A stretch of DNA of 64,000 bases from the human T2T-CHM13v2.0 reference genome, Homo sapiens. Under the pieces are notes generated by a model. The model had not been told where the DNA came from and did no database searches. It was given only the letters and a program-made list of their open reading frames with translations. Shown one piece after another: positions 29,055 to 54,410 of the stretch. Position 1 is the first letter of the stretch. Each line of letters begins with the position of its first letter. Both the position numbers and the translations under genes were made by a program. The stretch is from assembly GCF_009914755.1 (NCBI RefSeq), contig NC_060926.1, one strand, 5' to 3'.

Positions 29055-29729
29055 CTCCCGCAGCAGCTGCATCCCCTTGAGCTCCTCCTGCTGCTGCTGG
29101 GCCACGGTGACCCCCAGGACCAACGTGTGCACCACACAGGAGACCACGGAGATGATCACGATGGGGCTGAGGCTGAGGGGCAGCGTGATGAAGAAGGAGA
29201 AGACAAAGAAGACCTGCCAGCCCACCGTGTCACTAGCCGCGTGGGCACGCGCGAAGTTCAGGCCCAGGTAGGAGAAGATCTGGGCGGTTATGAGCAGCCA
29301 CAGCACGTAGGGCAGCACTCTGCGGGTGACCCGGTCCGGGAGCAGCCCCTTTTTGCAGAGCACGAAGAGGATGATGTCCAACACCAGTCCAATTCCAGCC
29401 ACGGCGAGGGAAGCCAGCTTGTCGCTGGAGAAGACCACAGCACACATGACCACCACGTAGCAGTCAAAGAGGGCTGCAAAGACCACCAGCACCAGCAGGG
29501 TCTCGTGGCGCTGCCTTTTGAAGTAGGTCTGGTAGAGGTTCTCCAAGGACTCCGGCACGAAAGTCAGCCGCATGAAGCGAGGCAGGCACAGGCAGGAGCC
29601 CGAGTTCCGGACCGAGATTTCATGGGTCCGGCCCACCCCGCGGTCAGGGTCGGAGGGCAGGCTGACGGAGTACTCGGCTGAGTACTCGGCCGAGTATTCG
29701 GGCTCGGAGAAGCCCTGGTTCCTCGGCAT
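29055..29729 (-). CDS. ADCY3: Adenylate cyclase type 3, first coding exon (aa 1-225: cytosolic N-terminus and most of the first transmembrane cluster)
   Basis: Translation [57 protein letters not shown]...MQLLRE matches human ADCY3. ATG at 29729 has A at -3. Donor GAG|gtgagt at 29054-29049; 675 nt, phase 0. The ORF track runs on into the intron to 28791. Confidence 0.98.
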
Positions 29730-29926
29730 ACTGGCTGGTGTCTGCTACTGGCCCTAGAGAAGTGGACTGGGAACGGAGGAAGAGCTCTGGACTGGGCCTC
29801 CTCTCAGGGCTCTCTGAGACCGGGGGAGGGCTGAGGGCCTCTTCTTGTCTGGGGCGGAGGGGAGGCCACCTCCAGCAGGAACGCAGAGCGGGTTTCCAGA
29901 GCACAGGTAGCACTGATCAGCTAGAA
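29730..29926 (-). other. ADCY3: ADCY3 exon 2, 5'UTR part (197 nt)
   Basis: Polypyrimidine tract and acceptor cccttttcag|ttctag (AG at 29928-29927); no ATG between the acceptor and the start codon. Confidence 0.85.
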
Positions 29927-30329
29927 CTGAAAAGGGCATTGCTGAGTAGAAGCACCTCTTCCCTCCTACCTTGCGGTTTCCCCATGACCCGCCCTAACCC
30001 TCATAAAAGGATCTCTGCTGCAAGAGCCTCCCAACCCAGGGCCTTCCCTGCCACCCCCGGCTCACACCACCGCCCACCGCAGGCACACTTAGTCCTGTCC
30101 ACGCCAGACACTCAATTTCCTGTCCCTGGCTTGTGGAAGGGCCTAGCCGCCTTTCCATCCCTGGTAACCGGTTTCTCTCTGTCATCTCTTCTTTCTCAGT
30201 CCCCGACTTCCTCACCTAAATTCCCTCCAGGCCCAGTCCTTAGAAGCTGTAAATAAAATGTGCCGGAAAGAAATCAGGACCATCGTGGGGGATTCCTGAG
30301 CCTTCCTTCTGTTTACTTCCTTTTTCCAC

Positions 30330-31570
30330 CAAACCCTTGGAGGCTCGGGCTCCGATCCGGCCCCCTTCCCACGCTCGGGGCGCTGTCTTCCCCCCCGGAA
30401 GCCTGGCCCTGCCCCTGCGTTTACCTGTGCGGGAACTCGGCCACCGCGTGCTCCGGGACGGTCCCCGCGCGGGCTGGGGCGGGAGAGCTCGGCGCGCCCG
30501 AGGGCTGCTCCCCGCAGAGCCGCGCCGCCCCGGCAGCGCCTCGGGGCCCGGCCGGAGCGCGATCTCCCGCCGTCAGGCCCGGGATCCGACCGGGAGAGGC
30601 GCAGGGCTGCCCCTCAGCATCCGCGGGCGCCCGGCCGCAGGGGGAAGGAGGAGGCGGCGACGAGGGCTGGGAGATCCGTGGGCGCCGGCCCAGCGCGCCC
30701 GCCCTGGGGCTGAGGCTCAGGGGCAGGGGCCGTGCGGGGGCCGGCAGGCGCGGGCGGCGGCGAGCGCGGCTCTCCGGACCCCTCCCCTGCACCCGCGGCG
30801 GCGGCGGCTGCTAGGGGCGCGCGCGGGGCCCTCCCCGGCGGGAGCGCGGGCCGAGCCCGGGGAAGCCCGCCAGCATCCTCTCGCCCGCCCGCGCCGAGCC
30901 GAGCCAGCCGAGTCCGGGCTCGGCGTGCTGCACAGCTATTCCCCGCGCGGCGCCGGCGGCTCCGGGGCCACGCGCGCTCCAGGCCCCGGGAGGCGGGAGG
31001 CGGGAGGCGGGAGGCGGGCGGGGCGGCCCCTCCCTCGCCCCAGTCTCCGCCCTCTCGGCGGCGCGTTCCGGAGTGGGGCGGCGAGGGAGGCGCCGGGCGG
31101 CGGTCCCAGGACCCGCGCGGGCGAGAGGTGGAGGGGCCCGGGCGGCCCCCGATCCGGCGCGGGCGGCGGGCTGGGGCGATGGCTGCGTGGAAGCGCGGGC
31201 GCGGGCGCGGGCGTGGGCGGTGGGCGGTGGGCGGCAGGGCTGGGGCGAATCCACCCCTTCCAGCGAGGAGGCCCGGTCTAGGAGGATGGAAGCCCGGGAC
31301 GCGCCCGCCCGCAGGTGAGGCGCGCTCGGGGCACCCCGCCGCCCCCTCCTCCGCCGCGGCTTCCTTCCGGGCCGGCAGAGGCCAGGGCTCAGGTTTGGGG
31401 ACCGCTCCGCCGCGGGGCACGTGGGGCCTAAGTATCCCCGCCCACCCCGGGAGCCCAGACTCCGGAGCGCCGGGCCTGAGCTTTCCGCAGAGGGGCTCGG
31501 CAGCGGAGCCCTGTCCTGCTCCCAGGAGGCGGGTGGCGGTGGCCCGGTGGGCACTACACACGTGGAACTG
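30330..31570. promoter_or_regulatory. CpG island / TATA-less ADCY3 promoter
   Basis: Very high GC and CpG content; several GGGCGG boxes; EGR site GCGTGGGCG at 31211-31219; E-boxes CACGTG at 31418 and 31559; GGGAGGC tandem G-runs ~30988-31023. Confidence 0.92.
30425..30980 (-). other. ADCY3: ADCY3 non-coding exon 1 (5' end approximate)
   Basis: Donor CAG|gtaaac at 30424 inside the CpG island, ~500 nt from the exon 2 acceptor. The TSS cannot be fixed from sequence; the value is inferred from the island and recalled gene structure. Confidence 0.75.
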
Positions 31571-32179
31571 GAAGAGTTCCTGAGACCCTGCTTCGAAGAG
31601 ATTTCCCGTGCACATTCTACCCGTTTGAGATGTGTTTGAGTTCACAAACTGTCCCTTAAAGATGCGAATGCTCCTTTGAATAGTTAAACCTATCAGTCTC
31701 TTACACCATAGTATAAATTATTTTCCTTGCATTTGACAGAACACCGTGCTAAGATCAACTACAGGCTTTGGGAATTTAAATAAAGGAAGAGGAAAGAGAT
31801 AGAATGTTTTGGGACAAAAGGGACAAAAGCATGTGTGGGAAGGTAAGTGCTGAGGACAGCCAGCAGCAATAGGGGGTCATCTCCCCTGGGGAGAGCTGAA
31901 GGAATGAACAGAGGGGAGAGAAACTTGGCTATCCAGACCCTGGATGGAGCTGCCACCCCATGCCCCTGAGAGTTATCCGCGGGCACCCCTTCCAGAACCT
32001 CAGGCATCACCTTGCATCCCTCGGGGAATGGATCCATTAGAGAATCGATCCTGCCACTGCTGTTTCTACCGTTCCCTCACACTCTGTCTGAAAAGGCGCC
32101 ACCTTCAGCCCATACTTCGCAGGGCTTTGATTCCAAAGGTAGGGGACCTAACATCAGATATAGGAGTTTGGTAATTTAA

Positions 32180-33446
<1,267 letters not shown>

Positions 33447-34824
33447 TCAGTGTGGCACCCTGTCCGCAAGGCCATGCCCAGCTCCTAAGCTGAGAGGGTT
33501 CTCTGCTGGGCCCTCTGCCACCACTCATGCCCCAGCCTCCCACCCCATGAAGGGAGAGAGTTCCACACAGAGGCACCCTCATATAAAAAGAACAACAACA
33601 AATTGATCCCTGCCTCTCCAGCCCCTGCCTGCTGGCTTCACTGTCCCACTCCCTGTTCTTCCACCATCCCTATCTCTCCTCTGTGGGCCCCTGTTCAGCG
33701 GGCACTGGGGAAACCAGAGGAGCCTTATAGTTCTGCCAAGGCACCATGTTGACTCATGAGGCAGACCCTCAGGTGTACACAGGTTACAGTTGGGGGTGAC
33801 TTCTGGCTGAGGTGATCAGAGACAGGGCCTTTCAGGGCAAGAGGGAAGGATCTGATGGGCCTGAAAGGCAGGCGTTCCAGGTGGCTGGAGCCTCCCTGCA
33901 AAGGCCCAGCCGCAGGAAGAGCACAGCACATTCCCATCCCTGCTCCGCGTTCAGGGTTCTGGCACGGCCTTTCCCTGTGGATATGGGAAACGCAGTGGGA
34001 CAGCAGTAGGCCCTTGCGAGGACTCCCGGGGAGCCAGAAGCATCTGGGTGAATATTCCTGGGCAAGAGAGCTGCTTGACATCCTGCCACAGAGGAGATCA
34101 GGGAAAATGCCGCGAGGGCCTCATCCATCTCACTCACAGTGGCTTCCCCAGTACCTGGCACCTAGTAGATACTCAAAAAATAGTCATTGAATGAATGGAA
34201 GTCTCCCTAAGAAGAAATGGTACTTTATAAAGGCACTGGCTGTCCTTGAAGGGACCAGCTGGCCTCATTCCCTGATACTGAGAATGTCCTGGTCCCAGGG
34301 CAATGAAAAATATCCACCCTCGAGTGAAAAGGGTGGGATTATGGGGGAGCTGTTTTCACTTTCCAAGCTATACATTTTGTATTGATGTAACCTGGACAAC
34401 TGGCATGCTTCGCTTTTATAATCAAATGATACAGGAAATCTATACACACACAACTCAGGACCTCAAATGGCTGCATGGGTGACTTGCCCCTGTGGCTTGT
34501 CCTAAAAGGAAGACAGAATCATAGACTTAGGTCGAAGCTTGGAGGGCATCCTGACCCCCCCCAACCTCAATCCAGCATCTGCCTGGATGGGATGCCTCTT
34601 TGCTGAAGGCAACTTTTTGTTTGTGTGGTTCAAGACTAGAAATCATGGCTGAGAATTAATTGTTACTGGATAAACAAGAATGGTTTGGCCCCCCCGGGGA
34701 ATGTGGTGGCTCTTGAATCCAGCAAACAATAGATCAGAGCAGAACTCTGTGTCCTGGGGGAAAACAGAAGTGGGAGAGAGAAGATCATTAGCTCCCCTGG
34801 TGCTGGGCACCAGGAGAGCCCTGT

Positions 34825-35260
34825 CTGGGGCCTGAAAGCAGAGCTTGAGACCCGGCCTGCATGCAGGTGGTTCAACTGGGGAAGTGATTCCAGGGAAACA
34901 GAGCAGGAGCCTGGGAAGCTCAAAACAGAGAAGGCAGGAAAGCCGGTAAATATGAGGGTTTGTGACGGAGTTGGCCACTGGTGTGGGAGGGGGCCTTGAT
35001 CCTGCTGGGACCCTCTGATGAGCCTTGCAGAAGGCACCTCAGAGCTTTCCACTGGAGGGCTGGCAAAGGTGGGTGTTCGTCCTCCTTTCATCCTTCCCTG
35101 TTGGTTAAGGGTTGCCAGTTGGGGTATTCTCTCCCTGGCTCTTGTGCAAAGGAGGCTAAGCAGTGAGCGGACTGGGCAGGAAACGAGGGATCCTCAGTGC
35201 AGATACCTGGCAAGGTGCTGCTGGGGTGTGCCTGCAGCAGTAACGGGAGTGGAGAGGGGG
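34825..35260. mobile_element. Probable ancient ERVL LTR (LTR33/LTR16-like)
   Basis: GAAGCAGAGCTTGAGAC...GGGAAGTGATTCCAGGGAA resembles ERVL LTR termini; family uncertain. Confidence 0.4.
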
Positions 35261-35864
35261 ACCGGGGGGATGTGGCATGTGATACTCAAGCATCCTGTGC
35301 AGGGCCCACACCCCTCATCCATTCCTGCTGGCTCAGAGGCTCAGCAGTTTGGATCCTGTCACCTGGAGGAGAGGTGTGTGGTACCCTAGGGAAAGCTGGC
35401 TCCCTGGAATCAGAGAGCTCAGTTTTGAGCATGGCCTTGATGAGAGCTGAGCACCTCGGACCAATTACTCAGCCCCCACAAGCCTGTGTCTCTGTGGTGC
35501 AGTGACAGCACTAACCCTTAGTCAGGATCCTTGTCAGGAAGTAGGGGATTCATGGGACCAACATGGTGGGCAGATCTCAACAAATCAACTGGAGTTACCA
35601 TTATCTCACAGCAGACAGCTGAGCAGCCGTGAGCACTTCTGCCCCAGCATGGCCTGCACAGCTGGCTGGCTGCCTGCCCCCAGTCCCCTCCATGGCTGCA
35701 TCTGGGGCCCCGCGACTCCAGCGCAGTCTTCCTCTAACAGTATCGACAGCACTGGCCCATCTGACCCTGTGTCCTCCCTTCTTTGTCTCTGTCCCTGGTC
35801 TCTCCCTTCTGCCCCGTGTTGGAGCCTCCCTGACTCTCACAGGGTCACTCCTTGGGCACTGTGG

Positions 35865-37000
35865 ATGGGTGTAAGAGCGTGTGTGTAGGGCTGTGAATGT
35901 GAGGAGGGGTGTGAGGAATGTGTGTGGGTGTGAGAGTGGGGAGTGTGTGTGTGTGAGAACGTTCCTTCACATTTGTGTGTATGAGTGGATATGTGAGTGT
36001 GCATGTCTGAGAATGTACGTTCATGTTGGCATGTGTGTGAGAATTGTACCTTCATGTTTGTGTGTGAGCGCGTGTGTGAGAACATATGTTCGTGTTTGTG
36101 TGTGGGGGTGTAAATGTGCATGTGAAAATGTGCGTTTGCATTTGTGTGTGAATGGGTATGTGAGTGCGAGTGTGTGAGAATGTTGCTTCATGTTTGTGTG
36201 TGTGTGGGTGTGTGTGATTGTGTGCGTGTGAGAATGTACCTTCGTGTTTGTGTGTGCGAGTGGGTATGTGAGCATGATTGTGTGAGAATGTACTTCACGT
36301 TTGTGTGTGTGGGTGGGTGTGATTGTGTATGTGTGAGAGAATGTACCTTCATGTTTGTGTGAGTGTAAGTGGGTGTGTGTGTGTGAGAACGTACCTTCAT
36401 GTTCCTGTGTGTTGGTGTGTGTGATTGTGTGTGAGAACGTACTTCACGTTTGTGTGGGTGTGTGTGATTGTGTGAGAACGTACCTTCATGTTACTGTGTG
36501 TGTGTGATTGTGTGTATGAGAATGTACCTTCACGTTTGTGTGAGTGGGTGTGTGAGTGTGATTGTGTGTGAGAATATACCTCCACGTTTGTGTGTGAATG
36601 AGTGTGTGATTGTGAGAACGTACCTTCGTGCGTGAGTGGGTATGTGTGGTTGTGTGTATGTACTTTCACATTTGTGAGTGTGAATGGGTGTGTGTGATTG
36701 GGTGTAAGAATGTACCTTCATGTTTGTGTGTGTGAGTGGGTGTGTGAGCGTGACTATGTGTGAGACGTACCTTCACGTTTGTGTGTGAATGTGAGTGGGT
36801 ATGATTGTGAGTTTGTGAGAACACACCTTTGCGTTTGTGTGTGATTCTGAGTGGTTGTGTGAGATTGTGAGAACGTACCTTCATGTTTGTGTGTGAGTGG
36901 GTGTGTGTGATTGTGAGAACCTACCTTCACGTTTGTGAGTGTGTATGATTGTGAGTGTGTGAAAACGAACCTTCACGTGTGTGTGTAAGTGTGCATGCAT
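35865..37000. repeat. Degenerate TG-rich minisatellite, ~22 units of ~40-58 bp
   Basis: Recurring core GTGAGAAYGTACCTTCAYGTTTG separated by variable (TG)n/TGAG spacers. Confidence 0.9.
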
Positions 37001-37329
37001 GTGCCTGGGTTGCATCATCCGTCCTGGTGGGTGCCCGCCTCACCTCTTCCCTCTCCTCTCCTCGATCGGTGCCATCCACACAGGACGTGGGCTCTGCTGG
37101 CTGCCCTCGGGTGCTGTTTCTAGGCCCCTGACGCAGGCAGAGGGAAGCGGGCTGAGGATGCGCAGTGAAGACATCCAGGCACCCAGGCTGGTGCTGGGCT
37201 TGGTTCCGGGTCTTTGCCCCTTGGCAGGTGTGAGCGTCTCCTTGGGAGCAAGGACCAGGGTCCCTGGTTCCTCCTGCCCAGTATTTGAAACAGAGTGGCT
37301 ATTCCACAGTCTGTCATTGAAATAATGTC

Positions 37330-37930
37330 ACCGGCACACTAGCCACAGTGCCAGTAACACCCATGGGCCCGATCCCCAGACAGCGGCAGCAGCTCCCCTT
37401 CCTGCGCCCCGCCCTGCAGGCACCGCGCGCTGCCTTCTTCCCTTTGGTTTCCGCGGTGGGGACTCCCGGCGTCCCTGTTGTGCGGGTGGAGAAGCGGGAG
37501 CGCAGAGACATGAGGTAACTTGCTCCGGCCCCAGCTAGGAAGGGGCGGAGGCCCAGGCTCTGGCCACCCAGAAGTCCGGCTGTACCAGGAAGGCTCAGGA
37601 AGCTTCCTTTGCTTGTCACTGCTTCTCTGTAGCCAAGGGTGCCCTTGACCTCAGGGACTCAGAGCGAATCCTGGAGAGTCACAGCTCCCTGCTGGCAGTT
37701 GAAAGAGACTCCAAACACCATTCTGCTGCAGCCCTGGTGGAGACATTGAGGCCCAGAGGGGTTAAATTTGGGGAGAGAAGGACACGTGCCCACGGAGCGT
37801 GAAACGGCATGTGAATGCTGAGTAATTCCGAGGCCTCTGCGGGACGTCACGTTTCCAAAAGCGCGCGAGCCCTGCCCCTCCGGCAAGAGGCACCATAGAA
37901 ATGTGTGCTAACAAGCCTCCCTGCGGCCTG
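37330..37930. promoter_or_regulatory. Secondary CpG-rich patch ~6.5 kb upstream of ADCY3 (candidate enhancer or minor promoter)
   Basis: Non-repeat CpG enrichment; GC box at 37542; CACGTG at 37783; GACGTCAC (CRE-like) at 37843. Confidence 0.5.
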
Positions 37931-38463
37931 CGGGGAATAGGAGAGAGCAGGAAGCTTTCAGAACAACAAGAGTGGCTAGAAAAGGCCCCGGATGGGAGGA
38001 GACGAACAGCCCAGCCCCACGGTCTTTCTCATGGGTGGAAAGTCACTAGCACCCAGAAAAGCAAGGCTAAGAGATCCTGGGGAGCTGGCACAAGTTCTCT
38101 GGTCTTAAAGACGCATGTGATTAGATCTGGCTCACTGGGATGTTCCAGGAGAATCTCTCCATCTCGAGATCCTTCACTTAATCACGTTTGCAAAGTCACT
38201 TTTGCCATGTAAGGCATCATAGTCACAGTTTCTGGGGGTTAGGGTGGTGACGTTTTGCGTGGACATGATTCTGCCTATTACGGCAGGCTCCTAATGTGAT
38301 ATAGATCCCGGTAGTACTGATTAGAGGAAGGACTCATCTTAATTCCTCCCATTAAAACTTTTTCTAATGTTTCTAATCTCGATGCTGAAATAAATGAGCC
38401 TTCGCCATGTTAAATTGGAGGAGAGGAAATCATCTCAACGGTCTGTGAAAGGGTGATTTTTGA

Positions 38464-42647
<4,184 letters not shown>

Positions 42648-43624
42648 AGAACTTTTCTTTAATAAATTGCAAATGGTAGAGTTTTCAGGCGTCTGTCTAG
42701 GTTGCACCAGAAATATTTCAGGTGACTGAGTTGTATTACAGTTGTTGGGATGATTTCTTTCTTAAGTTACCCCATATTCAATTTAAAATGGCTTAACCAG
42801 TAGAGAAAATGTATTACCTCTAAAACAAGCAGTCTTTGGATAGGACAGGTCTAAGGTTAGTTATTCTAGTGGCTCGATAATGACTAGGCCAGGTCTGATT
42901 CCCAATGAAGCCAACTCTAGTCATTTTCCTAGGAGATTTTATAAACCAGGGAACTAGTTAAACACATTTCATTGAGAAAGTTACACCAAGATTTGATCAG
43001 CTAATGAGAAATACATTTAGCTGTTAAGGGTACCCCCACTTTTCTTGCTTCCTTACTCTCAAGGAGACCCCTGTTTTCAACATTTTCAGTTGTATTCTGT
43101 GACTTTTTTCATTTGGCTGGGAATGATGTGGTTGAAGGATCTACAATCTATTTCACAGTTCAGCAACAGAGGCCATTCATTCATTCATTCATTTATCAAA
43201 TATTTCTTATGCTTTTATTAAGCACTGCAGATACAAAGATTTTTAAAAAGGTCAGGTTTTTGTGGAGACCCTGCCCTCCTGAGGAGAAGATCTACTAAAT
43301 GTGCCTGGGCAGCAGAGGAGACTCCTGAAAACCTTTCAGAAAAGGAGTTGTTGGAGCTGGATGTAAAAGTTGAGTGAGAGTTTTCCAGGTGGACAGAGGG
43401 GGAGGGAGGGCGTGTTGGGTCGAGGGCAGCATGACAAAGGCACAGGCCGTGTGCCATGGTGTGTTCAGAGAACAACACGCTCAGTGTGCCTAGAGGACGG
43501 GAGAGGGTAAAGAGGTGGAAACACAGAGGTGGCAGATGGAAGGAGGTCGGATAGGGATGGGCTCTGAAGTCAGGCCCCAGTTTGAATCCAGGTCCCACTT
43601 TTGCAACAGCTCAATGGTTGCCTT

Positions 43625-44080
43625 CATGTCCCAGGGCTGCATAACAAATTACCACAAACTGGGTGGCTTAAAACAAGTTATTCACTCATGCTTCTGAAGG
43701 TCAGAGGTCCAAAATCGGGGTGTGTTGGGTGTTGGCAAGGCTGTTTCCCTCTGAAGGCTCTGAGGACGAATCCAGCCCATGCCTCTCTGCCAGCTGCTGG
43801 TGGCTGCTGGCAGCCTCAGGTGCTCCTTTGCTTGGGGCTTTAAGATTCCATGCTCTGCCTCTGGCTTCACTAAGCCTCCCTTTCTCTGTGTGCCTCTCTG
43901 TCTCTCCTCTTCTCTTCTCTTTGGAGTTGACAATGGATTTAGGGCCTGCCTTAACCCAGGATGATCTCCTCTCAAGGTCCTTACCTTAATCACATCTGCA
44001 AAGACCCTATTCCAAATAAGGTCACACTTTGAAGTTCTAGGTGGGCCCATCTTTGGTAGACCGTAAGGCAGCCACTACAG
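43625..44080 (-). mobile_element. MLT1-type LTR
   Basis: GGGCTGCATAACAAATTACCACAAACTGGGTGGCTTAAAACA...ACATCTGCAAAGACCCTATTCCAAATAAGGTCACA. Confidence 0.75.
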
Positions 44081-44280
44081 TAGTCTTAGATAATTAACTT
44101 ACCCTCTCTAAGGACTTTTCCTTATGCAAAGTATAGGGATAAAATATTTATCCTAAGGGGTTATTGTGAGATTCAAATATAATGCTTTTTCATTGCTTAG
44201 GAAGTACTTGGTCTATAGTAAGTGCTCAATAAATGGTAGGAACGTGGATATTATCCTATAGGCAACAGAAAGCTTCATAA

Positions 44281-54193
<9,913 letters not shown>

Positions 54194-54339
54194 TTAGACC
54201 ATGTTAGTAGGATGAAGAGGACAGAGTAGCTCCCCTGAAAGAGGGGTGGGCCATTCTCAGGAATGTCTTACTGAGGGTCACAGTCGGTGAGGAACTGGAT
54301 TGGCATCTAGCTTAGTATGTTTTCCATTAAAGACCAGTG

Positions 54340-54410
54340 TTTCCACAAATAAATGCAGCCCACAGACCGGTGTTTGATACTTGGCTTTACTTTATAAAAA
54401 TACACAACTT
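54340..54410 (-). terminator. Probable distal poly(A) site of DNAJC27 (non-canonical hexamer)
   Basis: Minus strand reads TGTGTATTTTTATAAAGTAAAGCCAAGTATCAAACA followed by CCGGTCTGTGGGCTGCATTTATTTGTGG. Confidence 0.55.

Noticed and set aside
28900-29757. Plus-strand ORFs (up to 213 aa) over the ADCY3 exon
   Set aside because: Antisense shadows of GC3-rich coding sequence; no independent gene signals.
29055-29926. Alu-driven circularisation of the large exon 2
   Set aside because: The upstream intron (~500 nt) contains no Alu to pair with the downstream ones.
30260-31645. Overlapping 180-343 aa ORFs on both strands
   Set aside because: Stop-codon scarcity in a CpG island; low-complexity Arg/Gly/Pro/Ala content.
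35865-37000. CRISPR-like repeat-spacer look and His/Thr- or Cys/Val-rich ORFs
   Set aside because: Spacers are TG low-complexity, the repeats are degenerate, the context is human and there are no cas genes; it is a minisatellite.
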